A stretch of DNA of 64,000 bases from Eledone cirrhosa (taxonomy: Eukaryota): positions 64,170,001 to 64,234,000 of the forward strand of contig OZ024745.1 of the NCBI GenBank assembly GCA_964016885.1, written 5' to 3'. A model generated the notes under the pieces. The model saw nothing but the letters and a program-made list of their open reading frames with translations. It searched no databases and was not told the DNA's origin. A program made the position numbers and the translations under genes. Position 1 is the stretch's first letter. Each line of letters starts with the position of its first letter. Below are positions 25,081 through 38,388 of this stretch, one piece after another.

Positions 25081-26884
25081 TTGACTTTTAGTTTGTGTAG
25101 GCTGAATCAATTTGTCAGGCTTTTATGAGTAGAAAATGACAAAGTTGAAAACTTGAATGAGCTCTATGAATTATTTACATTTGAACAACATTAACACTCC
25201 TGCAAGTAATTAAAATGTTTGGTGGGGTTTTTTTCCTGCAAAATTGTTGACATTTGAGTAAGGTATATATGTGTATTTGTGTGTCAGAAAGTTTAATTTT
25301 TTACATAATATTCAATTAAGAGGAAAAGCAACAAATTAATTGTTTTGTGTCCCCTGCATGTTCATAATTCGGGTGTTATAGGAATAAAAATTGAATGTAA
25401 AACGCACACAACAGATCTGAATAAGGAATTTACACAGATTGTTGGTGGGTGACATGAATGAAGATTTTTAGGTTTCTTAGATTTTTGCAGAGTTTATTCT
25501 TTTTTCAAAGATCAGAGCAAGGACATCATTTCAACAAAACAATTGTCTTTGTTGCATGAACTGAATGAGACATAAGATCGACTCTATTTAATTGTCGCCA
25601 TGAAGGGTTTCATAAAATCTAATTTGTTCAGCAATTTCCCTACTTCTTTCTATAATGTCATCTATCACTTGACTACTTTTTATACAGAATATTATTTTAT
25701 AAGTGACAATCATATTGACAAGTGACATGCATGTGCACACGCACAGACACACGTGCTGACACAATACATGTATACATGAGTGCATGTGTTTTTATATACA
25801 AATGTAAATTGTTTATATATAGAAACATATATGAACATATATATGTGTATGTGTGTGTGTGTGTGTGTGTATGATGATGATGATACATTGCAGTTTAAAT
25901 TAATTTTGTTTATTCACTCTTTCACCTTTCGTAACTTGCAAGACTAATCGTTTGGGGAGTTGGTGGGGGGCAAGTTAAGTCAGAGAAATTATTCTGTGGC
26001 ATGTAGATTAAATATAATTCAAAAAGCATCTTATATCACATACATATTTGTCTGTGGTGTTTTTATGTTTTTTATATAGATATCCTGCTCTGTAAGAGAG
26101 CAGTGGAAATTATCTATCCCTCCTTTGGTAGCAAATGTATTCAGTTCCCCTTTCTGGATATGAAAAATTGTATATTAATACAGATTCCAACTCGAGACCA
26201 TCTAGCTTTGTGTATGTAAAAAATACACACACACATACAAACACATGCTGGCACTCATGCACACACTTTATCATTTTGAATAGTGGGGTCCTATAATTTA
26301 ATGACTGCTTACTTAGTCTGAAATGCTGAGTTGTGAAGTTACTAAACTGGTATTTGCATTAGTTTCTTTTTAACTGTTTTATATCTGAAAAAACATTCCA
26401 ATTTATTTCACTGGAATTCTTTCAACATCTTTGTTAGAAGCTGTCATATTTGCAAAGTAAAAAATATTTCTTGGGAAAATTTTCTCAAACAGTTCTGTCA
26501 ATTATTTAAAATCAACCATCTTTATGATTCCGTAAGTATAACTTTTAGTTTGTTCCAAAGATGAAATAACACATCATCATCATCATACCATTAATAATGA
26601 AAGGAATTTATCATTAGTGATCCCTCCCCCCACCCCCAAGGTTGATAGCTGACAGAATTGGTTGAGTGTGGAACCTTGAAGTATTTAGTGATTACTCAGA
26701 GCTCAAATTGTACTAGGTAGACATTGCCTGTCATCTTTCCACCAGCATTCATTAAAATAAGTATCAGTTGGTTCATTGAAAGATACAGCATCTCTGGATA
26801 TGAATAACAGTAGAGCTATTGTGTAGATATATTCAATTCTATACACACACAAAAAAAAAAGGCTTTGTATTCATGTTTGAAATT

Positions 26885-27305
26885 AGGTGAATTGCCAGTA
26901 TTAGTAGAAGGTCGGATGCCACGCTTTGCTGCATAGTTGCGGCCCTTTATGATCTGATTTTAAATCCCACCGAGGTTAACTTTGCCTTTCATCCTTACGG
27001 AGTTGATAAAATAAAGTACCAGTTACACACTGGGGTCGATTTAATCGACTTTCCCCTCCCCTAAAATTGCTGGCCTTGTGCCTATCTAAGAAACCATTAT
27101 TGTTCAAATGGATTAACAGAATCAAAGAATGCCAGAGAAAAATACCATGAGGTTTTTGTTGTGGCTATTTGTATTCCCACCGAGGTCAACTTTGCCTTTC
27201 ATCTTTCCAGGGTCGACAAAATAAAGTACCAGTACAGGGTCAATATAATCGACTTTTCTCTCCCCACAAATTGCTGGCCTTGTGCCTAAATTAGAAATCA
27301 TTATT
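26885..27305 (+). mobile_element. Two tandem copies of the tRNA-derived core SINE
   Basis: cccaccgagg..aactttgcctttcatc...aaaataaagtaccag...gctggccttgtgcct occurs twice. Confidence 0.8.
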
Positions 27306-27845
27306 TAATTTTATTGTTATAAATTAAAAGGGATTTATTCAAGATTTGTGGAAACTTATTTTTATAACCCATATAAGGACAAGTTTTGTTGGGATTAATA
27401 GATGGTTATTTAGTGTTTTAATCCAAAAATTTACTATCACACAAACACACAATTCAGAAAAACTGAATCTATTGATATAATTTTATATGCAAATGCATTT
27501 TCAGTCAGAAATTCCATATAAATGTTATACTTTAAAATATACGTGTAAGAATGTGAGCTCATGTATTTTCCATGTGATAAAATTCATTCCAGTTTAAAAG
27601 AAAAATTATTTCTATTATTATTATGTTTATGATTTCAAGTTCTTTTTAGTTTTGTGATCTTATAATGAAATAATATTTGACTTATTTTTTTTTTTTACTT
27701 TCTTTGTTTTATCTCGATATCATTATGATGAAACATGCTATTAAATTGCACACATTCAAAAATCGCATATACACATACACATACAGATGTATTTGTATGT
27801 ATGTATGTATATATATATATATGTTGGTTTAAAAGATGTTGCTGT

Positions 27846-27966
27846 AACTAAATAAAATAGCTTAATAAATATGGGGAGTATAAACCCACTGAATGGATAA
27901 AGATGCCCTTCTTTTTCCATTCAGTTGGTTTATACTCTCCGTTAATATTAGACTATTTCATTTAGT
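27846..27966. repeat. Diverged inverted repeat (about 55-bp arms) next to (TA)n
   Basis: ggagtataaacc.actgaatgga / tccattcagt.ggtttatactct. Confidence 0.7.
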
Positions 27967-28188
27967 CAAAATCTTCTAATACAATTTTCAAATTACACTT
28001 GCTGTTTTCTAAACATACATTCTTTGTATATGAATATATACACATACATCAATGGTTGAGTTTACAAATGAGGAAAGTACTTAATGTTGAAATCAAGTGT
28101 TGGCATTATTCTGAGTTTCACATTTGCTTGTTGCTCAATGAGGGTTTGCACAACTCGGAGTAACAATAACAGTAATCTCAGCTCTATG

Positions 28189-28221
<33 letters not shown>

Positions 28222-28545
28222 ATGTGTCTGTATATACACGCATACAGGCATACATGCATACATATATATATATATATGCCAGGAGGTAGATTTAGGTTTC
28301 GTCTTTAATGATAACATTGAGATGTGGAATCTCAAAAATATAAATAACTAAAAAAATGAAGTAAAATATTTTTTTGCTGTATGAGAATTTTTGATAAATG
28401 AAAATCTTTTATTTTATTGTATAGTCTTTTTTTCTTGTTTTCTGTTTATGTAATTATTATATCACTGGGTATGTAGCATACCTATATGTAATAAAAAGAA
28501 TATGAAACAACAAATGAGATTTCTTAATTTTATTTTGATTTTAAG

Positions 28546-28730
28546 TTAAATGTTTAATATCCTGTGCCACATGAACAAAACATTTTTGAACAGTCTGAAA
28601 CAATTACTTTCCTTTTTAAAGTGAAGCAGTTGTATTTAATGCTACAAATCTTGCAAAGTCTGTTCAATACTATAATTTTGAATTAAAAAATATTTGTTTT
28701 GCTAAATAATTACAGGATGTTAAGAGTTAA
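28546..28730. mobile_element. Possible decayed piggyBac-type MITE
   Basis: TTAA..ttaatatcctgt / acaggatgttaa..TTAA. Confidence 0.4.
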
Positions 28731-29470
28731 CTTATTTCTTAACTTTTTTTCTATTATTTAGTTATTGACAGAAGAGCAACACCCATGACCACTTTTAAGG
28801 CTTTTGATATTGGTGGGAGAGAGGAGGAAAGGAAGGAAAGTTTTCTCAAACCAAAGATACAGCATGAATGCTTGCAAAAGTGTGAAGTTCATTAAAGTTA
28901 GCTAAGAGCAATGACTGATGTTAAACCAAGAAATGCATTGTCTCTTAACTCATGGTCATATTTGAACAAAGTTGTATTAGAATTGTTAACCTGATTGAAG
29001 GCCTAGTGTGCCTATCTGGTCTATTGTTTTTCTTTTTCAGGTATTGTGTAAGAAAGATGTTCTCAAGATAGTAGGGAGATTTAGCTTGCTCACAACTGCA
29101 TTGGCTTCTGATATTGCTAAGGTAAATACAAGACAACACAAGACTAATTAAATTCTATTGAATTATGTCTTTATAATCCCTGGAATTCAAAGAGATTGAT
29201 ACTTGTTTCTGAATAGTTGATACTCAATAATATAGGATAGAGAGGAGGAGTAGTGATGAGAATAATTACTATAGAATAATGTTGTGGGGATTTGGAAGCA
29301 CGTGATGTCCAACGTGCTAAATGGGTGTGACAAGGCTCATTATTGCCAGATGAGTGGGTTACGGTATCGTGAATTAAAGTGCTTTGTTCAAGGATATCGA
29401 ACGTATTACCTTACAATCGTCAACTAAACAACCAATTCCTGTGTGTGTACACACGCACGCACGCGAATGT

Positions 29471-29970
29471 ATATATAGCGTATTTTGCAATATGCTGTAT
29501 GCTTAATTAAAAGCATTTTGAAGACCTTACGCTACTGTTTAAGTAGTGACTATGTCACTTCTTTTCTCAACAAACAAAGGGAGATAGTGTATTGCAAAAT
29601 ACACTATATATACATTCATATATATATATCGCTATTTCAGAGCACCAATTCTAATTTTCAATTTTTGCTGGACCGGCAACCACTCTGTATAATCAGTTCC
29701 TGATTATTACTGGAATTCTATAAGAATCCAACATTCATAATTTTCAACAAACAAGGAGTGATAAGCACTGAGGAATACCAACAGTATGAAACATAGATCT
29801 GTCAGCTTATCTCCCTTTGTTTGTTGAAAAAAGAAGTGACATAGTCTCTACTTTAAAACAATAGCGTAAGGTCTTCAAAATGCTTTTAATTAAGCATACA
29901 GTGTATTGCAAAATACACTATATATATATACATTCATATATATATCGCTATTTCAGAGCACCAATTCTAA
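29471..29970 (+). mobile_element. (TA)n-flanked HHR element: 314-nt unit with terminal direct repeat plus inverted copy
   Basis: Direct repeat 29587-29654 / 29901-29970. Inverted arm 29471-29586 matches 29808-29925. Confidence 0.85.
29741..29830 (+). ncRNA. Type I hammerhead ribozyme with long stem I
   Basis: gataagca-CTGAGGA-atac caaca gtat-GAAA-ca tagatc tg-TC-agcttatc. GUC at 29801-29803. Stem I extends ttttcaacaaacaa / ttgtttgttgaaaa. The first stem I pair is an A.A mismatch. Confidence 0.75.
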
Positions 29971-30689
29971 TATATATATATATATATAATAGATACATTC
30001 TCGGTGTACAGGGTGGGACATAAAGATCTACATGTAGAAGGGATATAAAAAAAATGATGTGGGAGATCTTTAGACCTCACCCTGTATATCGAGAGGCGGC
30101 CTCAGTTAAAGAATGGTACTCAGTACGTTAATAGAACATAAGCATCATTTTATTACAGGAATGACTTCTACAAGACTAGGACAGTTTCATTCGTAAGAAA
30201 TCATGAGAGTGATTTCTTATATATATATGTTTTATGTCAAATGCCACAGAAATGTATATATTCAAATGTAATGGAAAAAGTACCTTGATTTATCACACAT
30301 TCCAGCATAATAAAACAGTCTCATTTCTCTCTCTCTTATATGAGGAGTGTGTATTTATCTTATATCTATTTTGAGCTGAGTTCTGAGGTCCATAATTCTT
30401 GGTATTTCATAAAAATGTCAAGTCAGTTTCCCATATTTCCCAATGAGCCTTAAATCTTGAATTTTTTTTATTATATAAAAATAAATTTGAAATTTATTTG
30501 CATATTTACTTTTTTTTTTTATTGTATCATGTATTTATTCGTGTATTTATATACATCGAACTCATATACATAGACAGACAAATATATATATATATGCATG
30601 TATCTATCTACCCATGTGTGTTAAAGAATACGAGTTAAAGAATCCATTAATAATGCAGAGATTATCATTTTGTTTATTTAAAAAAAAAA

Positions 30690-31000
30690 AAAAGGGCATT
30701 CATAGTGATAAGTTGAAACCATTCAACATGGGTGTCGGACTTCACCAAGGGTGCGCTTTGTTACATCTGTTCATAATTTTCATGAACAAGATTAATATGC
30801 GTAGATGGGCTGGAGGTGGTATCAAAACCAATGGGTGTAGGATCAGTCGGTTGGATTTTGCAAACGACATGGTACAAACTAACTCATCGGAATGTGATGT
30901 CTAATATACACTGGATAGTTTTGCTGTAGAGCGCTTCACGGCAGGAATGGAAATCAGTGCTGCCAAGACTGAAGCATTTGTTCTTTCAAGGAAGCCAAAC
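30690..31000 (+). mobile_element. RTE reverse-transcriptase fragment
   Basis: GVGLHQGCAL..LFIIFM...LDFANDMV...GMEISAAKTE. Confidence 0.75.
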
Positions 31001-31505
31001 TTGCTATCATCAATTCAGTGTTTGTGCCTACCCTTACCAATTGTGAATACAAGCGACCAAAATGGGGTTCCTCCGAGGGTTCTTTGGAGTAAGATTGTTT
31101 CTATGTTAGAAACCGACTCTCTCTCTCTCTATTGGTGAAAATGTATAACATTTTAAAACCAGAATAACATACATATATTTGAAGAAACAGACACTTCTCT
31201 TTCTCTCTCTATTTCACACACACACACATATATGTACATACATATATTTATAATAGATATAGATAGCATGTTACAAAACAAAATAAAATATAAAACTAAT
31301 AAATTAATAGATATCAAAGATAAATGTGAAGGAAAAGATAAGTAATTTTCTTCAATAATCATATATAAAAAAGTTTGGTCGCGATTATTTTCGCTGCCAT
31401 AAAGTTTAAGTAGTTTAATGACATTTACTTCCACTTGAAAGTTGCGATTTTATATACAGTTCAGAAAATTTTAAAATCTATTTCATCTTGAAAAAAAAAA
31501 AGAGA

Positions 31506-31542
<37 letters not shown>

Positions 31543-33107
31543 ATCTGCAATGTATAACTTGTAAGTGATAAAACTTACATTATATATATCCGGCCAAACG
31601 TATTAAATTATATACGTATAAGTAGAAATGTCATACAAATACTAAACTACGCGCTTAGCTGAGATATAGGCAAAACCCTGAGGTGTATAGAAACACTACA
31701 AATTCTAACCAACGTTTTAACCGAATTTGCCTAAAGGAATACATTGATAAATGTAAGCTGTGCTTTTAAAAGAGAAAAGAAAGTGAATGATTTGGGGTCT
31801 TCCCTCGGAGACGGTGTACACTCATTCTCTCCACGGTGAATTAAAAAGAGCTAATGAATTTTGAAGCCCAAGAAATATAGCAATATTTCTTATTCATCTA
31901 TCTTAATGATATTGACAAAATATGAAATGGTTCAGCTAAGGATAAACTGAATCAGCTTGCTTTATTGTCATATGAAAGTGTTGTATTTATTCACAATGTT
32001 TTTTTCTGTCTTATAATTTTTAAACACTAGAAAAAGGTTGATTTCAAATCGCCTAAACGTATCACATGCTGGTTCTATCTGAAACAGATCTCCGCTGAGG
32101 TCAAATTCGCCTTTAATCTTTCCGGGTTCGATAAAATGAAGTACCAGTTAAGTACTGGGGTTGATTCAATAAAATTTGCCCCCCCCCCCCCCCCCCCCCC
32201 CCCTATTTACTAGCTTTGTTATTTAATTTTTTCTGCTATTATATTCCTTATTTTTATATTAAATATTTCCTTCCTTTTTTAGAAAAGGCAGTTCGTGATT
32301 TGAGATAGATTTGTTTGTTACACGAGACAACATATTGCTATTTGGTCTCGTAATAGTACAATCATCAAGAATGGTTGGGTGCCAAATTGACAGCGATTAA
32401 AACATTGCCTTATGAGGTCAAATCTCACTGAGGTCAACGTTGTGATTCATTTATTATGGGTCGATAGATGAAGTGTCTATCGATTACTGGAGTCGTTTCT
32501 TGTTTTCACATTTTCCTTCTGTCTTGGTCTCTTTCTCTCTTGAAGATATCCGTGAAAGAATCTACTAGGTTTAAAATCCCAAGTATACGCCTTATGTTAG
32601 GACCATGCTTGTATGACTCCATCAAGGATAGTGTATTATTTCTACATTTTAAAAATAAAGAAAGTATTATTTCTACATTTTAAAAAGAATACAACTCGCT
32701 TGCCTTTTTCTATCTATTAGTCTTTATCTTGTTTACATTTTAACTGAAATAAAATCTTAGATGAAAAACATTTTATGGGGTTTGCAAAAGAAAAAAACGA
32801 TCTAACTCAAATATATCGATTATGGTAAAATACGACTCATTGTTTTTAAATAACTTTGTGTTTTTACCGTTGTTAAGAGTTCTACTGCTGATACAAGTGA
32901 ATTTCGTTATTTCTGTCTTTCGTGCTTTTTTCTGTACTTGTTGCGACTGGTGGTTTTATTTTTTCTCTTCTAATGTGTTCAGTAGAGTGCTTTGATGGAT
33001 CTTTTCTAAATATCGATCCAGTATATAGCCTAAATAATTCAGTACATTACCCCAATATCTACATCTCCCCATATATATATATGTGTATATATATAAATAT
33101 GTGTATA

Positions 33108-34541
33108 TCAAGGTTAGAATTAACAACGAATATAGTGAAGAGTTTAGCGTAAAAGTTGGCGTCCATCAGGGCTCTGTTCTCAGCCCCCTACTATTTATTA
33201 TTGCCCTTCAGGCTATAACAGAGGAGTTCAAGACAGGCTGCCCATGGGAACTCCTATACGCAGACGACCTGACACTCATAGCGGAATCAATGGCCGAGCT
33301 AGAGAAGAAATTCCAAACATGGAAGCACGGCCTAGAGTCAAAAGGACTTAAAATTAACCTGGCTAAGACCAAAGTTCTAGTTTGTAGGAAAGAAAACAAG
33401 GCGGCGGTCCCTTCTGGGAAATGGTCGTGCTCGGTATGTAGGAAAGGCGTAGGTAGAAACTCCATCTTATGTCCTAAATGCAAAGTATGGGTGCATAAAA
33501 GATGTAGTGGGATCACAGGTAAGCTAACTAAGAACATAGACTTTACATGTGGCCGGTGTTCTGGTGCAATAAGTAGCAGCAAGTGCCCACAAAATACTAG
33601 CTCTTTCAATTGCGCAGAGGGTTCTATAGAAATAGTGGACAGCTTCCGTTACCTGGGCGATAAAATCAGCAGTGGGGGAGGGTGCTCTGAAAGTACTGTA
33701 GCTAGAGTCAGAACTGGTTGGAAAAAGTTCAGAGAGCTTATACCACTATTAGCTGCTAAAGGGTTCTCCCTAAAAATGAAAGGCAGGTTGTACGATGCCT
33801 GCATACGAACAGCAATGTTGCATGGTAGTGAGACCTGGGCATTGTGTGCAGAGGATATACGCAGACTAGAGAGGAACGAAGCTTGCATGCTCCGCTGGAT
33901 GTGTAACAGTAATATACGTGAACGGCAAAGCATAAACGAACTAAGGAAAAAATTAGAGATAAGAGGGATCAGATGTTGGTATGGACACGTGATGCGCATG
34001 AAAGTCGATAGCTGTATTACAAAGTGCAGGGCAATAAAGATAGACGGTAGCCACGGAATAGGCAGACCTAGAAAAACATGGGATGAGCTGATAAACTCCG
34101 ACCTCACACACTTACACCTCTCCAAGACAATGTCACTGGACCGTGACCTTTGGCGGTACTCAGTAACAGAGAAGACCCGCCTTGCCAGTAGGCATCTCTA
34201 ACAAAATACACCCCGTCCCGCCACCACACCACCCCGTTCTATGTAAAGTTATGTTGGTGCCGCGCCATCCAGGCCGAAACAAATGAGATCGTGTAGGTGT
34301 CACGACAAAAAAACACACAGTCCACGCTGTAATGTGGCCGTGTAGGCAACACGGTAAAAACCTCCCAGACCCACACTGTAAATGTGGTTGGTGTTAGGAA
34401 GGGCATCCAACTGTAGAAAACCTGCCAGACAGTCCTATGCGAGCAAGACAATCACTCTTGCCTCAAGTGGGACTACCCCCGTCCAAACCCATGCAAGCGT
34501 GGAACACGGACGTTAAACGTTGATGATGATGATGATGATGA
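33108..34541 (+). mobile_element. 5'-truncated RTE-clade LINE (RT C-terminal half, 3' UTR, (GAT)n tail)
   Basis: Open frame to 34201: GVHQGSVLSPLLF, LLYADDL, FRYLG, SETWAL, WYGHVMRM, GRPRKTW. C4HC3 finger inside the RT. Confidence 0.95.
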
Positions 34542-35118
34542 TATATATATATATATGTATGTATATATATAAATATGTATATATATAAATATGTATATAT
34601 ATATATGTGTATATATATATATGTGTATATATATATGTGTATATATATATATGTGTATATATGTATATATATATGTGTATATATATATATGTGTATATAT
34701 ATATGTATATATATATATGTGTATATATATATATATGTGTATGTATATATATGTGTATGTATATATATATATGTATATATATATGTGTATGTATATATAT
34801 ATATATGTATATATATATGTGTATATATATATATATATATGTATGTATATATATAAATATGTATATATATATATGTGTATGTATATATATATATGTGTAT
34901 ATATATATATATATGTGTATATATATATATATATGTGTATATATATATATATATATGTGTGTATATATATATATATGTATGTATATATATAAATATGTAT
35001 GTATATATATAAATATGTATATATATATATGTGTGTATATATATATATGTGTATATATATATATATGTGTATATATATATGTGTGTATATATATATATAT
35101 ACACACACATATATATAT
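34542..35118. repeat. Complex (TA)n/(TG) microsatellite
   Basis: Directly visible. The ORFs called here are artefacts. Confidence 0.98.
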
Positions 35119-35363
35119 GCGTGTATTTAAAATGAAGGGACGTTCTTGATACAATGACAGTATTGAAAAAGTTTTAAAAGTTATAGTAAGCAGGACTGTA
35201 TTAATCCTGATTGAAAGTACTTTTAAAGGACATTTTACTTAACGTCCTTGCGCACGCACACACACACACACACATATATATACGTATACGTATATGCTAA
35301 AAGAAAACACTGCAGTACTATGAAGATATATATTAGTTGAACGCTTGCTATAGTAGGAACAGC

Positions 35364-35401
35364 ATCTTACCGTTTCGGACACTAGTACTTCATCAGAAGA
35401 T
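35364..35401 (-). ncRNA. Degenerate minimal hammerhead motif in a TA-flanked segment
   Basis: atctt-CTGATGA-a-gtac tagt gtcc-GAAA-cggt-aagat. Stem II has a mismatch and the cleavage site is imperfect. Confidence 0.55.
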
Positions 35402-36511
35402 AGACAGAGAAATAAAAATTATTAGAGGTTTCCCAGTGCTCCTCGCAATATTGTTATCTTTTGCTCTGGTAGCGGCTCGTTAGTCCACCCCTTTCGCCTG
35501 CCTTTTTTTGTATGTGGTCCTATGTGTATGTATTACATGCTTGTGCTTTTCCTCTTTCTTTTCCACTTTCTTTTTTCTTTTCCCTTTCCTCTATATATAT
35601 TATATTTCGTTCTGTAAACATTTTATTATTATATTTTTATACAACTGTGAATAAAGATTGGCAAAGAACAAAATAAAACTTGCATGATAACGGCAAAAAA
35701 TGAGCTTTTGATCTGGATTAGAAATATTTATTTTCTACAAATAACATTAATCGATTTCGACGACCCTTTAGAGAAAACATAGTTACACTGTTAAAAATAC
35801 GGTATATGATCCGATTAAAGAACTAAATGTGATGAAATGCATCCCGCAAGAAATAAGTCTCAATGCGAAGGGTATATATATTTAAAAGGATTAATAGGAT
35901 ATTTTATATTTGATTGTACAAAAATATATTTGTCTTATGCGTGACTATATGCTTAAAAGCAATTGTGCCTGTGTGTTCGTTGGGTTTTTTTGTTTTGTAA
36001 CTATATATATATATCAGCAAATTGCACGTGTGTTTTATTCTGGAGCATTTAGAGTGAGTAATAAAGTGGATGAGAAGCAGAAAATGTTGCTGCATTAGGT
36101 GAAGCCATTTATGTCTAATCTGCTTCCATTTGATGGCCATTTTTACAGTTGGGAAAATGTTTACATCTAAATGTCAAAGAGAACCTCTCAGTGAACTGAA
36201 AGTTTAGGTGAAAAAATTGTTGATATCATTAGTAACTAAGACAATGGTGGTGACGCTATATAAATAGTATTGACAATAAGTTTTGAATATATTTCTTGCC
36301 AATTTTGCAATATTAACTGTAACGCACTCTCAGTCGTTCACTACTTTTATGGTGAACTATATTTTCGTCTTTCACTTGACGGTATTGTCTGTTCTGGCGG
36401 AGCTATTACTAGCCCAATATTGCCTCTCTTTCTGAGAATCGCATATTCTGTATTTTTTCCAAGGATCTAATTCACAATCTTCGACAAACATTGAGCGATT
36501 TAGATTTGTTC

Positions 36512-36655
36512 ACATACATACATACATACATACATACATACATACATACATACATACATACATACATACATACATACATACATACATACATACATACATA
36601 CATACATACATACGTATGTACGTATGTACGTATGTATGTATGTATATATATATAT
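36512..36655. repeat. (TACA)n microsatellite
   Basis: Directly visible. Confidence 0.95.
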
Positions 36656-36659
36656 CACC

Positions 36660-36965
36660 TTGGTCACCTTAACCGACCAGTCTGTCAGGCACCATTCGGC
36701 GCCGCTGGTCACAGCACTTGCTGTTTTAGCCATCCCACTGGCTGGGCGGGCAGGCCGTAAGTCTAAAGTCTTATCTCGGTTCCATGGCCAGTCCATCGCA
36801 GGGTTAAACCTCCAGCTATTGCTGGTACTCATTTTCAGCTGAGTAAACTGGAGCAACGTGAAATAAAGTGTCTTGCTCAAGGAAACAACACATCACCCGA
36901 GAATTGAATTCACAACCTTTCGATTGCAAGCCTACTGCTCTAATCACTAAGCCATGCGCCTTCAC
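36660..36965 (-). mobile_element. tRNA-derived CORE-like SINE, near full length
   Basis: Reverse complement reads ggcgcatggcttagtgattagagc...gtgaattcaattc...ccttgagcaagacactt. The head matches 17724-17852. Confidence 0.75.
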
Positions 36966-36968
36966 GTA

Positions 36969-37010
<42 letters not shown>

Positions 37011-37550
37011 AGATCAAAAGATCGTTAAAAGAGTTCCATGTATTTTATTATGCACATTTCAAAAACAAATATCATCATGGGATGATATTTGCGTTTTCAT
37101 CAGATAAAATAGGGAGACATGATATGAAGCTTAAAAAACACTTGCGAGAGTGAAGTGTTAAATCTACATATGAAAAATAAAATAAGATGGATATATGAGA
37201 TTGGGAAAAAAAAGAAGGAAGGGAGAAGGAAAAGGTAAGGGTGAGGAAGAAAGAAAATAAACTCACCTCCTACATTATATATATATATATATTTATTAAA
37301 ATAACAGATTAAAGTTTAAGCAAAGAATCGCTGTTTTTACCCTTAACGGGATGTTCTGAAACTAACAAAGTCAAACTGTAAACGCAGAAGTGGATATTTC
37401 AAAAAACGTTGCAACCGGAGGAAGACAGGAAGACGATACTTTGGTTCGTGGAAACGTTCCCTGGCAAAGAACGGGAAAAAACGAATATAATACGTCATAT
37501 TTATCCTTATCGAGCCCTCTTTGGATTTTAGTCTTCAAATTTATTATTAT

Positions 37551-37583
<33 letters not shown>

Positions 37584-37590
<7 letters not shown>

Positions 37591-38388
37591 AAAAAGAGAT
37601 GAAATCGAAAATGCAACTGGAGTCTTATTTTTTTTAAAAATATATATATTTATTTGGTTCCTTTACCGGTTTCGCAGTTCTTCTGCTTTTCAAAAGGTGA
37701 GTTGAGATGGAGGGTCTGTGATTTTTCTCACATCTGGTTGGTCTCTGAGTGTTACTTGTTTTATATGGAAAAAGTGGCTCGAAATGCCAGGTTTTTCGAG
37801 AAGTAATTTGATTGGTTTGTCAATAATTATAATAAATTTCGCGCCAGTTCACGTTACAATAATTCTTCAAATAAGAGGGGGGGGGTTGTCACAGGTTGTT
37901 TTTTTCATATATGAGTGTTTGAATTTCTTTTTACTTGAAAAAAGGAGGCTCACGAAGGCTTGTGAGCCTCCTTTTTTCAAGTAAAAAGAAATTCAAACAC
38001 TCATATATGAAAAAACAACCTGTGACAACCCCCCCCCCCTCTTATTTGAAGAACTATTGTAACGCGAACTGGCGCGAAATTTATTATAATTATTGACAAA
38101 CCAATCAAATTACTTCTCGAAAAACCTGGCATTTCGAGCCACTTTTTCCATATAAAACAAGTAACATTCAGAGACCAACCAGATGTGAGAAAAACCACAG
38201 ACCCTCCATCTCAACTCACCTTTTGAAAAGCAGAAGAATTGCGAAACCGGTAAAGGAACCAAATAAATATATATATATTTTTTTTTAAATAAGACTCCAG
38301 TTGCATTTTCGATTTCATCTCTTTTTCTTTATACTTTCACTCGTGTAGGACACCTCGGTTATTTTTCATTTTGTAAAAAAAACCTCAC

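Noticed and set aside
34463-35154. Six ORFs of 93-215 aa rich in Y/I/H/T
   Set aside because: Translations of a TA/TG microsatellite.
35745-35865. GAAATCGAT and GTGATGA...GAAA motifs
   Set aside because: No complete core with stems could be drawn.
37718-38198. Paired ORFs on opposite strands with near-identical peptides
   Set aside because: A by-product of the palindrome; no protein motif.
37584-38333. All five arm substitutions are C/T on the element strand, suggesting an editing or deamination signature
   Set aside because: Too few sites, and the 48037-48423 palindrome shows mixed changes.
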